64,000 bases of DNA from Candidatus Woesearchaeota archaeon (GCA_038868995.1 JAWCRZ010000005.1:4632-68631), one strand, 5' to 3'. Positions 7,970 to 18,185 are shown, counted from the stretch's first letter. Notes: a model not told the origin generated them from the letters alone. Program-made: numbers and translations.

Positions 7970-8601
7970 AACGCGGATTTGAGTTGGGAATTGGGATGAT
8001 AGTACTGATAATTCTCTCAATATTAATATTCTCGCTTTCATTATATTTCCTCTTCAAATGGTTCGGTTCTGCAGAAGAACTGAAAGCAGAGATTGACAGA
8101 TCAACAAGAGAACAAATCATAACAGCTCTAAAGTCGGGCAACCAACTGGTTGCAATACCAAACGCAATACGCGAAACAAAGCGCGGAAGTGCAGCGACTT
8201 TTGGCGTAGGCATAAGAAATCTTGCAGCAGAAAAACAGTTCAGCATGGCAGCAAGCTTTTCAGGAGCGTATATGCCAAATGGAAATGTAATTTGCCGTAC
8301 AGGAGAGCCGTGCGCGTTCTACATAGAAAAATACTGGCTAGGCGGGTTTGCAACAACGCCAACATTCACGCTGAAAAAGAACGAGGAAAAAGTCATCCCG
8401 CAACTGATAAAAGCAGACCTCAATATTGACGAAGGCAGGACAACGCCGAAAGGGGATTACACATTCAACTTATGCGTTTACGACGCGCCGCTAAGGTCTG
8501 ATGGCTCGCCACCAGCACCCTGCACTGCAGGACAGTTCAACAACAACCCTGCTGCATTCTACACGGCGAAGATATATCAGGTTACTGTGAAAGTCGTTTA
8601 A
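7966..8601 (+). CDS. type IV pilin-like protein (class III signal peptide)
   Basis: N-terminus MKRGFELGIGMIVLIILSILIFSLSLYF. ATGA overlap with the upstream gene. Confidence 0.65.
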   Translation: MKRGFELGIGMIVLIILSILIFSLSLYFLFKWFGSAEELKAEIDRSTREQIITALKSGNQLVAIPNAIRETKRGSAATFGVGIRNLAAEKQFSMAASFSGAYMPNGNVICRTGEPCAFYIEKYWLGGFATTPTFTLKKNEEKVIPQLIKADLNIDEGRTTPKGDYTFNLCVYDAPLRSDGSPPAPCTAGQFNNNPAAFYTAKIYQVTVKVV

Positions 8602-8861
8602 CACATCCTGCCTTTATGTGTCACAGGACGGTTTTTGAACTTCTTTCTCAGAAAAAGCATGTCGGCAGTAGCTTTCTGTACAGTTTCCTGGTCTTTTGTA
8701 ACGTTTCTCAACTGAAGCAATCTTCTGACAACAGTCGCGTAACTGTCGCGCTTGACCAGTTTTTCAAGAATTTCACGGCGTTTTGACTGCGGCAGTTTCT
8801 TGCTCCAGCCGCCAAGCTTTCCACCCTCAAAATGAGCCCACTTGCGGACGTATTTTTTCAT
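8598..8861 (-). CDS. hypothetical basic protein
   Basis: 87-aa K/R-rich ORF. Its start overlaps the stop of the upstream signal-peptidase gene. Confidence 0.45.
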   Translation of the reverse strand: MKKYVRKWAHFEGGKLGGWSKKLPQSKRREILEKLVKRDSYATVVRRLLQLRNVTKDQETVQKATADMLFLRKKFKNRPVTHKGRMC

Positions 8862-9322
8862 CTTACGGTGCCAACCATAATGCCTTTAACATTATCGTAT
8901 GGAACAAGCCACGGGTCTGCCTCTGGATTTGCAAGTCCTTTTGTCTTATAGAATGTGCCTTCGTTTGCATCAAGCACTTCAATCACTGCGTGGAGCACAA
9001 TGGCATTTTCTGACGGCTCGTAAAATGAAATTACGTCGCCAACCTTGATTTCATCAGGTGATTCCGGAACCTTCTCAAACACAACTGACTTATCTGTAAT
9101 AATGGGAGCCATCGAGTTTGAATTTACAGTTGCGTAGTTCAGACCGGCGTAACCAATCTCCACCCTATCCGCATACACCTTGATGGATTCAAAAGGTATC
9201 CGCTGCGTGCTCTCCACTTCTGCATCAGTCGTGGCAAGTCGTGTTTCAGCAGGGAGAGGCACTGCGTGCAGCGAGAAACCTAAGATAAAGAACAGTACTG
9301 CTATTACTACCCCTTTAAACAT
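8858..9322 (-). CDS. signal peptidase I-like (S26 family) membrane protein
   Basis: N-terminal TM helix, then NSNSMAPIITDKS...VGDVISF...VLHAVIEV, which resembles the S..M.P Ser box and His box of S26B peptidases. Confidence 0.5.
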   Translation of the reverse strand: MFKGVVIAVLFFILGFSLHAVPLPAETRLATTDAEVESTQRIPFESIKVYADRVEIGYAGLNYATVNSNSMAPIITDKSVVFEKVPESPDEIKVGDVISFYEPSENAIVLHAVIEVLDANEGTFYKTKGLANPEADPWLVPYDNVKGIMVGTVR

Positions 9323-9476
9323 ATATAATTACCCCCGAATAGTCAATGCAATGATGCGTTAAAAATATTCATTGTCACGACACAGTGAACTGATAACAAT
9401 TCCTGTACCAGTATACAAAAAAGTAACCTTTTTATAGTACGTTGCTTCATACTGCAAAAAAAAGAGGAGTGATTAA

Positions 9477-11336
9477 GTGAAGGCGGCAACCTTATTGATA
9501 TTATTGTTGCTTGCGACAGCAGCGTACGCGGCAAATGCAACCTTATCGCCGGCAACAGTATATGAAACAACAAAAGCGTGGCAAACGCTGAGTGTCGACA
9601 ACTATAAAGGCAGTTCTGTGATTTCAAAAGTTTCTGTAAGCTCTCCATCCCTCCAAATTACAAATGCCTCACTGTACTCCGGCTGGACAACAACCCAAAC
9701 CACAACGCTTGCAGAATGGAAAGACGGCACTATTGAAACAAATGTCAAAAATGCCGCATTTGAGTTCGAAGTCAGCGCAGGAACGGTGACAGATAACCTT
9801 ACAGTCAATGTCAGCGTGGCACTTGATTCTGCAGCAACAACGCTTACCATCACAATCCTCAACGATTACACGCCACCACTAATAACCAGCGTGACTCCAA
9901 ACGCTTATGCAAAAGCAAATAATCCCGCACAACCTGTCACTGCAACAGTCAGCGACCCGGAAACCGGTGTTGCATCAGTAAGCTATTCCTACAACAACTG
10001 CCTTGGCGGAGCAGATATTAACGTCACTCTTGCAAAAACAGGTGATGTTTACACCGGTGTGGCGGACTTCAGCTCATTTGACGAGGGAATGAAGGCATGC
10101 TACAAAATAACTGCAAAAAACACGCCGGGTGAAACAACAACGGTTACAGGAGAGTTAATCTTCGACGGAACACCGCCAACAGCAGTCATAATATCTCCAA
10201 CAACATTTGCGACAGAAACAACCACGTTCATCTTCAACGCATCGGACAACCTGGCAACCGTCTTAAGCTGCGAGGTCGCTGTTGGCACCATCACGCTGGC
10301 AACCCTCAATGTCAGCAACGGCACCACTGCTTCCACAACGCAAAACCTTACCGGCTTCCCTGAAGGAAGCACAAGCTGGAGCGTCACCTGCGCTGACGGC
10401 GTAGGACTAACAGTTACCAAGGCACAAGCAATCTTGCTGGATGTCTTCCCGCCAAGCATCACCCTTGAATACAATCCATTCCTTCCAAGAACAGTCACCA
10501 AATCATTCCTTGCAACAATACTGGACACAATCGGCCTGGCAAGCGTTGAAGCAACTTTTGATGGCAGCGACGTGCCACTAACGCAATCTGGAGACGCCTT
10601 CACAGGAAACATTGTTTCAAACACACTCGGAACAAAAACACTTTCTGTGGAAGCAATAGACGATGCAGGCCATATTGCAGTGAAAGAAGTCAATATAACC
10701 GTTGTGCCCAACCACATACTGACACTTGCACTGTCGCCAGGCACAGCCAACCCAGGAGAGACAATAACTGCATCAGGTAGCTTGGCAATTGACGGCAATG
10801 CCACGATAAATGAGATAACACTCAAAGAGCCCGGTGGCAATGAAGTCGTTGACATTGCAAACGGAACATACAGCACTTCATTCACCGCTCCAGAGCCGGG
10901 AAGCTACACAATTACAGCAGAATTCACCGAAAGCGGGTACACGTACAAGGCAGAAGCAACACTTACTGTTGTTGAAGCCGGTTCAACACAGCAAACGTAT
11001 TACAGCAGCGGAATAGGCGCAGAAGCGTGGAGAACAAGCGGTTACGTGAAGCCGGATGAACAGGAAACTCAAAACCCTGACGGCAACAGCAACCAGCAGA
11101 CGGAAGAAACACCGCCACCAGCTCCTGCTGAGTATGAACCATTGCAACCGGAACCACCCCGCTCAGGATTAACACCAAAGACAACAGGCGTCTTTGACCT
11201 TGACGGAACAATAAAATGGATTGCAATGCTTCTCGCGATGGCACTGCTAATAGGAATAGGCGCCTATGCCTGGAACAAGCGCGGCAAGAAAGAAGAAGAT
11301 GGCATTGACTGGAACGGCTATTTCAAAGATTCCTAA
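9477..11336 (+). CDS. secreted Thr-rich surface protein with Ig-like repeats and a C-terminal TM anchor
   Basis: GTG start after GAGGAG. Signal peptide MKAATLLILLLLATAAYA, many N-x-T/S sequons, and C-terminal WIAMLLAMALLIGIGAYAW followed by KRGKK. Confidence 0.7.
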   Translation: MKAATLLILLLLATAAYAANATLSPATVYETTKAWQTLSVDNYKGSSVISKVSVSSPSLQITNASLYSGWTTTQTTTLAEWKDGTIETNVKNAAFEFEVSAGTVTDNLTVNVSVALDSAATTLTITILNDYTPPLITSVTPNAYAKANNPAQPVTATVSDPETGVASVSYSYNNCLGGADINVTLAKTGDVYTGVADFSSFDEGMKACYKITAKNTPGETTTVTGELIFDGTPPTAVIISPTTFATETTTFIFNASDNLATVLSCEVAVGTITLATLNVSNGTTASTTQNLTGFPEGSTSWSVTCADGVGLTVTKAQAILLDVFPPSITLEYNPFLPRTVTKSFLATILDTIGLASVEATFDGSDVPLTQSGDAFTGNIVSNTLGTKTLSVEAIDDAGHIAVKEVNITVVPNHILTLALSPGTANPGETITASGSLAIDGNATINEITLKEPGGNEVVDIANGTYSTSFTAPEPGSYTITAEFTESGYTYKAEATLTVVEAGSTQQTYYSSGIGAEAWRTSGYVKPDEQETQNPDGNSNQQTEETPPPAPAEYEPLQPEPPRSGLTPKTTGVFDLDGTIKWIAMLLAMALLIGIGAYAWNKRGKKEEDGIDWNGYFKDS

Positions 11337-12148
11337 TGGTATTGGAACAATTCCTTGACAGAAAAATAGTCGTAAAGCACTCGTTATTTGTCTTTGTTCT
11401 CAGCGCCATCTACGTTTTTATCGCTTATGCCGTGCAGCAACTTTTTTTCCCGGCAGATCAGGGACTGGCAGTTGTGCTGCTCGTCACCATACTGCTCGTT
11501 CCAAGCTTGCACCACTTAATCATCATCGAAGAAAAGCTGGAAAGCAGAGGGGCCGGCAATTTCTGGAAACGCCACAGGACAATCATCAAATGCTACCTTG
11601 GGGCATTCCTCGGGCTGCTTGCCGGCTTCCTGACCATGGGTTTTATTCTGCCAGGCACGCTTGGCTACCAGCAACATCAACTCTCACTTGAGCACCTTAA
11701 ACCGGAAACAATAACAACATTCCTGGGACAGCCATATACGCCGGACACAACCACAGCACTTGCGCTTTTCTCCCACAATCTAATGTACTTGCTATTTGGA
11801 TTTGTACTTTCAATCTTCTACGGAGCTGGCGCGATATTCCTCGTGGCATACAACGCCTCTTTCTTTGCCGCATTTGTTGTAGAACTCTTTGCAAGATGGT
11901 CGTCAGCAGCACAGCTTACAGCAGTATCGTTCGTGCATCTGCTGCCGGAAAGCGCTGGCTATATCCTTACTGCAATTGCCGGCGCGGAAATATCGCGCGC
12001 TCTAATACATGAAAAGCTTTCAGCCCAGCCATTCAGAAACGTGCTGAAAAACTGCTTTTTACTGTTGGCATATGCCATCCTGCTGATTCTGCTGGCGGCA
12101 TTTTTGGAAGCGTACGTGACTGCGCCTTACTTCCACAGAACAATTTAG
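11336..12148 (+). CDS. SpoIIM/DUF95-like integral membrane protein
   Basis: Multiple TM helices and motif HLLPESAGYILTAIAGAEIS. TAATG overlap with the upstream gene. Confidence 0.55.
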   Translation: MVLEQFLDRKIVVKHSLFVFVLSAIYVFIAYAVQQLFFPADQGLAVVLLVTILLVPSLHHLIIIEEKLESRGAGNFWKRHRTIIKCYLGAFLGLLAGFLTMGFILPGTLGYQQHQLSLEHLKPETITTFLGQPYTPDTTTALALFSHNLMYLLFGFVLSIFYGAGAIFLVAYNASFFAAFVVELFARWSSAAQLTAVSFVHLLPESAGYILTAIAGAEISRALIHEKLSAQPFRNVLKNCFLLLAYAILLILLAAFLEAYVTAPYFHRTI

Positions 12149-15021
12149 CGCTTCAGAACTTCCTCGGCAAGCTTTCCATACCCTGCCGTGCGATACGCCT
12201 CGCTCAACGTCTTCAGCAATTCAGGGCGCGCTGGATCGTCTTTATTCACAACCTTCTTTTCAAGGTCAATAATTGCAAGATACATTTCAAGACCTGCCTT
12301 GTCAGCAAGCATATTTAGCGTTTTTTCCGCTTCATCTAGACGGCTGAAGCCGATGTAAACGCGCACCAGGTTTGAAACCGCACTGCGCTTTTCGCCATTT
12401 GTGCCATCTTTTGCCTGCTTAAGCCAGGAATTGTATTCTGTGATTTGTTCATCAAGCTTCTGAAGTCGGCCGGCATAGCTGGCTATCTGCGCTTTTGCGC
12501 TTGCCAGCGCTTCAACTGTCAAATCTATCTTGTCGTATTCCGACTCTGCCGCATTCAACGCGGCCTTTGCCGCAACAATCCTTGTGGCAACCGCAGGTCG
12601 TGTGTAATCCTCAGCGTCCTGCAATGCATCGCTTATCTCACGCGCCTTCTTTCCAAGATAAGTTGCCAAGTGCGCATTCATCATAGTTCTCAAACCTAGG
12701 ACGTCCTGCTTTGCCGCCTTGACCGCCTCAACTTTCCTCGTATATTCATCCCCGATAGCGTATTCTTCAATTCCTCCAAGCTTGGTCAAAATCTGGTCAA
12801 GCGTCTCATCAATCGCATTAATTTCAGCCGGCTTGACAAACTTGTCTGCCTTTACCTGCTCGCCGATCTTCCTGTAATCCGCCTGCACCTTGCCGAACAA
12901 TTCCATCAAACCTTCATACATCTTGATTTCCGCCTTATAAACTGTAATCTTTCCTTCATCCTCCTTAACTTTTTCAAACATGGCATCCGCCTTTGCCTTA
13001 TCATCGACCACTGTGGCGAGCAATTCCTTGATAAGCTCAAGGCCGTTAGAGGCATCCGAGAAATTCCGGCTTTCAAGCTGTGCTTTCACAGCAGAGTAAA
13101 TCTCGCCAGCCAATGCAACCTTTTCAGAATCAAGCTTTCTCTTCAACTCCCCGTTTTCCAGCCGGGCCTCCAAACTCGTTGCATTCTTAAGCGCGGCTTT
13201 TGCCGCAACAAAATCCTTCAATGCAACAGCATTCACCATTCCAATGTAAGTTCCTGATGCCTTGTCATATGTTTCGTGGTTTGCAAGCAAAACTTTCAAT
13301 TCGATTATGCGCCTGATTTTCGGCGATGAGGACGGCATGTCTTTTGCTTCCTCCATTGCCTTTTCAAGTTCCCCGCTGGCAAAGGCATATTTGCCTTCCC
13401 GTATTGATTTCTCAGCAAGCATAATACTGTTGTCAATGCGCACGCCGCGCTGGTGCTCCTGATAGTAATGATTGCCTACCACTGCTGCCCCGAGAATCGC
13501 TGCTGCCGTTGCTGCTGTCACCAGTGCCGTCTTCTTGTGGTTTGCCGGAAGATGTACTTTGCGCTTTGCGCCCAAGTGATTGAGGCGCCGGTATTCAAAC
13601 GCAAGATTCTTCCGCACTTTTGCAATGCGCGCATCAAGCTCATCGGATGGCAAAGCGGTCTGGCCGGTCATTCGCTTCAAATGCATATAGCCGGATAACG
13701 CATTCTCCAGAGCATCAATACGTGAATTAACTTCCTCTGCATTGCGGGCGTGCAACTGCGCAAGTTCCTCATACAACTCGCCCAGCTCAGCAAACTTGCG
13801 CGCACCAAAGCGCCAACGCTTGACTGCTTTCTGAACACCTCTTATTTGCTCTTTTCGTGAGGTTTCATCCCTCTCGCTCAACGGCTGATGCGCAACAAGG
13901 CCTTCTTCAAGCAGACGCTTCAATTCATCGCGTATTTCATAAGTTGTTGGACGCTCTGTAGGGTTCTTTGCAAGCATTTTCATAATAAGGTCTTCCAAAT
14001 CCTGAGAAACAGTCGGCTTCACATTGCGTATCCAGACAGAATTGTCATCGGGCGCTGCAATATTTGCAACAATCTCCATCCACGCCTTTTCCTTCGATTT
14101 CTCGATATGCGACTGGCCTGTGATAAGATGGTAAAGAGTTGCTCCAAACGCGTAAACGTCCGACTCCTGCGTCGCCTTTGAAGCGCCTCCGCGCGCCCGC
14201 TCAGGGTCCATAAACAACGGAGTACCCATCAATTGGCCTGAAGCAGTCATTTCCTTCGCAGTCATGCTGCTTGAACTGCCCTGCAAAATCTTTGCAAGAC
14301 CGAAATCGGACAACTTAACTTCACCTGTCTTTGAATAAAGAATATTTGATGGCTTTATGTCACGATGCAGCATGCCCTTCTCATGCACGTGAATAACCCC
14401 CTCAATTGCATTCAAGCCAATGTAAACCGCCTTCTCGATAGTCGGCAGCGGCTTTTCACCGAGATGCTGGGCAACATCAACATATTCCATAACTGCAAAA
14501 TGCAAAGGAATAACCTGCCTTATTTCGTCTGTGCCAATGTGCAACTCTGTAAGGCCTGTTTCAAGCACGCGAACAATGTTTGGATGCTCAAGTTTTGACA
14601 AAATCTTGATTTCCTGGTTGAAGCGCTCAACGTGGCGCTTCCTGTCTTCTTCGCTGTATTTCGTGTTTGTAATAAGGTCTGGATCAAGAATCTTGATTGC
14701 ACGGCGCACATCGCTAAGCCTCTGCTGCGGTGCCAGCTTGTCAACCAGCTGCTCATATTCTTTCTGCAATTCCCAAGGCGGCAGGGTCCGGCACTTCTCA
14801 CGGAATTCGGCAGAGTGCCTGCTCATATTCTCAAAAACCATCTTTTTGGTGTCGGCATCCTTGATTACATCACAAGTGCTGTCTTTCAGGCGCTCATACA
14901 AGTTTGCATATGCCTCAACAACAAAGCCCATGCCGCCCTGACCCAACATTCTGGTGACTACATACTTTCCTTCGCCCAGTTCGTTTCCAACAAGCCGCTT
15001 CACGATTTCATCAATGTTCAT
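12145..15021 (-). CDS. Ser/Thr protein kinase with TM helix and long helical-repeat C-terminal region
   Basis: Motifs GQGGMGFV, AIKIL, HRDIKPSNIL, DFGLAK and GTPLFMDPE. TM segment ALVTAATAAAILGAAVVG. Confidence 0.85.
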   Translation of the reverse strand: MNIDEIVKRLVGNELGEGKYVVTRMLGQGGMGFVVEAYANLYERLKDSTCDVIKDADTKKMVFENMSRHSAEFREKCRTLPPWELQKEYEQLVDKLAPQQRLSDVRRAIKILDPDLITNTKYSEEDRKRHVERFNQEIKILSKLEHPNIVRVLETGLTELHIGTDEIRQVIPLHFAVMEYVDVAQHLGEKPLPTIEKAVYIGLNAIEGVIHVHEKGMLHRDIKPSNILYSKTGEVKLSDFGLAKILQGSSSSMTAKEMTASGQLMGTPLFMDPERARGGASKATQESDVYAFGATLYHLITGQSHIEKSKEKAWMEIVANIAAPDDNSVWIRNVKPTVSQDLEDLIMKMLAKNPTERPTTYEIRDELKRLLEEGLVAHQPLSERDETSRKEQIRGVQKAVKRWRFGARKFAELGELYEELAQLHARNAEEVNSRIDALENALSGYMHLKRMTGQTALPSDELDARIAKVRKNLAFEYRRLNHLGAKRKVHLPANHKKTALVTAATAAAILGAAVVGNHYYQEHQRGVRIDNSIMLAEKSIREGKYAFASGELEKAMEEAKDMPSSSPKIRRIIELKVLLANHETYDKASGTYIGMVNAVALKDFVAAKAALKNATSLEARLENGELKRKLDSEKVALAGEIYSAVKAQLESRNFSDASNGLELIKELLATVVDDKAKADAMFEKVKEDEGKITVYKAEIKMYEGLMELFGKVQADYRKIGEQVKADKFVKPAEINAIDETLDQILTKLGGIEEYAIGDEYTRKVEAVKAAKQDVLGLRTMMNAHLATYLGKKAREISDALQDAEDYTRPAVATRIVAAKAALNAAESEYDKIDLTVEALASAKAQIASYAGRLQKLDEQITEYNSWLKQAKDGTNGEKRSAVSNLVRVYIGFSRLDEAEKTLNMLADKAGLEMYLAIIDLEKKVVNKDDPARPELLKTLSEAYRTAGYGKLAEEVLKR

Positions 15022-15023
15022 TG

Positions 15024-16151
15024 TCAGTCGATATACCGCGCTTCCTTGCGCTGCGCGCTTTCGTACGCCTTGCTCAATTTGTCCGGCAAGCCAGCCTTGA
15101 TTGCCTTGTCCCTTGTCTTTTCCCAGCCGGCCATATCGAGCTCAATAATCCTTACATCACCGTCCGCCTCCGGATTCCAGATGCAATATGTTGCCACGAA
15201 ATTCTCCCGTGGCAGGCCAACAGAGCCCACATTGGTAATTACAATACCAGGAAAATTCTTGTTTTTGTAAATGCCTGGAATATGCGAATGACCGAAAAAC
15301 AGGCGGTTAATGCCCTGTTCCTTCAATTGTGCAAATGTGTTGTCATCAATAAGATATGCGTTGCTTGTCAGCTGCTGGTGCTCAGCATCCAGCAGATATT
15401 TCATATCTCCCGGGTTCACGTGATTGTCGTGCACAAGCATAACACCTTGAATGGAGTTGATTTTCACAGGCAGCTGCTGCATCGACTGCGCTGCCATGTG
15501 GCCGCGGTCAATAATATCAATTTTTTTGTAATAATCACGAATGACCTGGCCATCGTGCGGGTCCATCATCACCTGCTTGTGCGCGCTTTGGGGAACCTCT
15601 ATTTCCTTGCTAAACCGGTCGCCAATTGAAAGAGGAATGCGCGCCTTGACGCGCAAAAATCTGCTATGCTCGTCTGCAATCGTTTCAAGATAATTCGGCG
15701 ACTGAACGCGGTTAAGCAGTTCCTGCGTTAATTTTTCCATCGCTTCCTTTGCAGTTTTGCCTTCTGATGTCCTTTCAATTGGTGCATCGCATCCATATAA
15801 CTGCCTTACAGTCCAATGAATTCCCTCTTCAGCGCCTTTTCCAGTGAAAAAATTTGACAAGCCGATAGACGGTGTATTAATCTTGGTGCGCGTTGCGAGC
15901 TCGTGGTTGCCTGCAAGCACAAAGCCGGGGTCACAGACCTGCATGACGCGCTCAAAACACTCTAAAGGTTGCGGGCCATAACCTACTGCATCGCCCAAAA
16001 ACCAGATATGGGCAATCGGTTTGACGTTTGCCTTGCGCTTTGCCACTGCATTGCGATAGGCAATATCATCAAGCACTGCCTCCAATGCTTCCATATTTCC
16101 ATGCACGTCCGATAACAGGGCTACCCTGCCTTTAAGTTCTGCCATTGCCAT
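15024..16151 (-). CDS. calcineurin-like metallophosphoesterase (possible partner phosphatase)
   Basis: Motifs LSDVHGN, GDAVGYGP, GNHE and GHSH. Its stop lies 2 nt upstream of the kinase start. Confidence 0.75.
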   Translation of the reverse strand: MAMAELKGRVALLSDVHGNMEALEAVLDDIAYRNAVAKRKANVKPIAHIWFLGDAVGYGPQPLECFERVMQVCDPGFVLAGNHELATRTKINTPSIGLSNFFTGKGAEEGIHWTVRQLYGCDAPIERTSEGKTAKEAMEKLTQELLNRVQSPNYLETIADEHSRFLRVKARIPLSIGDRFSKEIEVPQSAHKQVMMDPHDGQVIRDYYKKIDIIDRGHMAAQSMQQLPVKINSIQGVMLVHDNHVNPGDMKYLLDAEHQQLTSNAYLIDDNTFAQLKEQGINRLFFGHSHIPGIYKNKNFPGIVITNVGSVGLPRENFVATYCIWNPEADGDVRIIELDMAGWEKTRDKAIKAGLPDKLSKAYESAQRKEARYID

Positions 16152-16268
16152 CTAACACCACACACCAAGAATTCCCCTTTTTAACCTACAATAGTGCGCG
16201 ATGCTGTATATATAGCTTTTGACAAAGACCTATATAAACCTTTCGGCATATTTACTACTGTGTAGTTA

Positions 16269-16919
16269 TTACATTAAGCCTTTGACGAGTTGCGCCAGCG
16301 CAGTTCCCGGGCTTTTTGCATTTGCAACACCGGAAGAAACCAAAATCCCCCTCACGCCCAGTTCAACTGCCCTTTTCACGTCCTCCGTTGTTCTTATCCC
16401 AGCGCCGCAAAGAATTGGAACATCCCGTATGCGGCTGGTCGTATTCGCAATAACCTGCGGTCTTGCCTTTGAAACAGAGATATTTCCACCAATCAGTTCA
16501 GGCGGCTCAATCGCAATCGCATCAGGATAGAAATCAGCAATCTTCACAGCCATTGAAGGAGTGCCTGCGCAGGCAACCGATACCATTCCAAGCTCGCGCA
16601 GGCGGCGTATGGTTTCCTTAATCTGAGGCAACGGTATTGGATGCTCAGAATGATTCACCAAACTTCCCACCGCGCCTGCCATAACAACGCTCTCAGGCAG
16701 AATCCACCCGGTATTCGCACCGTATCTTATCGCGTCAACGTGCTGGGCAATCACTGGAATTGAGACATTTGAAGCGACTGCAAAAATGTCAGCCGGCTGG
16801 ACGGCAACAGCGATGTTGGCTTTCTTTTTTTTGGCGACTTTCTCACAAATTTTTGCCAACCTGATTGCATTAAATCCGGAAGAATTCTCATAAGCCTTGA
16901 AATTGATTATGGCAAGCAT
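16269..16919 (-). CDS. tpiA: triosephosphate isomerase, archaeal short type
   Basis: 216 aa, NFKAYE, LVNHSEH and EPPELIG motifs. Confidence 0.85.
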   Translation of the reverse strand: MLAIINFKAYENSSGFNAIRLAKICEKVAKKKKANIAVAVQPADIFAVASNVSIPVIAQHVDAIRYGANTGWILPESVVMAGAVGSLVNHSEHPIPLPQIKETIRRLRELGMVSVACAGTPSMAVKIADFYPDAIAIEPPELIGGNISVSKARPQVIANTTSRIRDVPILCGAGIRTTEDVKRAVELGVRGILVSSGVANAKSPGTALAQLVKGLM

Positions 16920-17230
16920 CAGCTTAGTATGGATGCCAGCTTTTTTTTCAGGGTTGCCTCATCCTGGAAGCCGACAACACGGTCAACCTCTTCGCCGTTT
17001 TTGTAGACAATGATGCAGGGAATGCCAAGCACGCCGTTCTGCTGGGCAAGATTTGTGTTTTCATCAACATTAAGCTTTGCAAATTTCACGTCTTTCATTT
17101 CTTTAGAGAGTTTTTCAAAAACCGGCGCAATCATCTTGCACGGGCCACACCAGGGAGCCCAAAAATCGACGACAACCGGCCTGTCGCTCTTCAATACTTC
17201 TTTTTCAAAATTGTCTTCATTTACTTCCAT
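16919..17230 (-). CDS. trxA: thioredoxin
   Basis: WAPWCGPCK active site. Start placed at MEVNEDNF; a longer ORF to 17257 is possible. Confidence 0.85.
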   Translation of the reverse strand: MEVNEDNFEKEVLKSDRPVVVDFWAPWCGPCKMIAPVFEKLSKEMKDVKFAKLNVDENTNLAQQNGVLGIPCIIVYKNGEEVDRVVGFQDEATLKKKLASILS

Positions 17231-17789
17231 TTGTAACACCCATATGGTGAGTTTCAACTTCCTTGTTAACTGGAAGCTTTTTTACCGGCTTGATTAAATA
17301 CCTTTTCGTGTTCTTGTCAAGGTCCAAAAAGTCATCTGCCGCCTCAATCGACTTTGCGCTCGCGCTCTTGCCAAAAGCGACAACCTCAACACGGCAGCCG
17401 AGCGCGCGCCTGAGGTGCTCTATCAGCGGGACAAAGTCTCCATCCCCGCTAACAAGCACTATTGTGTCCAGGCGTGGCGCAAGCTCAATGCAATCCATTG
17501 CAATGCCAATATCCCAGTCGCCCTTTTTAGCACCTCCATAAAAAATCTGGAGGTCCTTTGCACGAATTTCAAAGCCAATATGCTGCAACGCCTCAAAAAA
17601 CTTCTCCTTATTGATGTCTTCCGTCTTTATGACGTAAGCAAGCGCGCGCACCAATGTCCTGCCCTTGACAGCGTCATGCAAGATTGCCTTGAAATTGACG
17701 TGCGCATTATAAACAAACCTCGCAGAATAGTACATATTCTGAACGTCAACGAAGACGCCAACGCGCTGTGCCTTATGTATTTCACTCAT
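17217..17789 (-). CDS. NYN-domain (LabA-like) protein
   Basis: [14 protein letters not shown] ... [14 protein letters not shown] motifs. Confidence 0.75.
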   Translation of the reverse strand: MSEIHKAQRVGVFVDVQNMYYSARFVYNAHVNFKAILHDAVKGRTLVRALAYVIKTEDINKEKFFEALQHIGFEIRAKDLQIFYGGAKKGDWDIGIAMDCIELAPRLDTIVLVSGDGDFVPLIEHLRRALGCRVEVVAFGKSASAKSIEAADDFLDLDKNTKRYLIKPVKKLPVNKEVETHHMGVTNGSK

Positions 17790-17948
17790 TGTTTCACCAT
17801 TGCTTCAAAACCGCAACCATGGCATGCAAACCTGTGGCAGTCGCAATCATACTGCAGGCATTTTTGCTGCAATGCGAGCAAGGCCTGCTCAATACTTCTC
17901 CGGGAATAACAGCCAATGCTGAATGCCCTGATGCTTTCCAGTTTGATG

Positions 17949-18083
17949 TCATGCTCTCAGTTTCGCTTCATAGCCGCAGGCGCTGCATATCATCCTGCGT
18001 GTTTCAGGGTCAAAAGACAAGGTCATCTTGTAACACTTCGGGCAGCGCTGTGCGCCTGGCAGTGCCTCTTTTGGGAATGCCAT
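17949..18083 (-). CDS. 44-aa zinc-ribbon protein
   Basis: MAFPKEALPGAQRCPKCYKM...ICSACGYEAKLRA has a CxxC...CxxC pattern. Too short for the ORF track. Confidence 0.4.
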   Translation of the reverse strand: MAFPKEALPGAQRCPKCYKMTLSFDPETRRMICSACGYEAKLRA

Positions 18084-18185
18084 TTACTGCGATGCGCATC
18101 TGCATTTTAAAAAGGTATCGAATGGAATTGTCATTACCACGTGGGAGTGATTATGGATAAATTTATATAATGCTCATTCCGCGCA

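Noticed and set aside
10100-10885. 261-aa minus-strand ORF inside the 619-aa surface protein gene.
   Set aside because: It is an antisense shadow of a Thr/Val-rich gene with no start context. The same reasoning applies to 25447-25899, 26203-26697, 26707-27099 and 28918-29313 inside the 1912-aa gene.
15021-15629. 202-aa and 212-aa plus-strand ORFs overlapping the kinase and phosphoesterase genes.
   Set aside because: They are antisense shadows, and the minus strand carries complete catalytic motifs.
17768-18160. 130-aa plus-strand ORF between the NYN gene and the REC gene.
   Set aside because: Its composition looks non-coding, and the minus strand holds plausible zinc-ribbon mini-genes coupled to the NYN gene.
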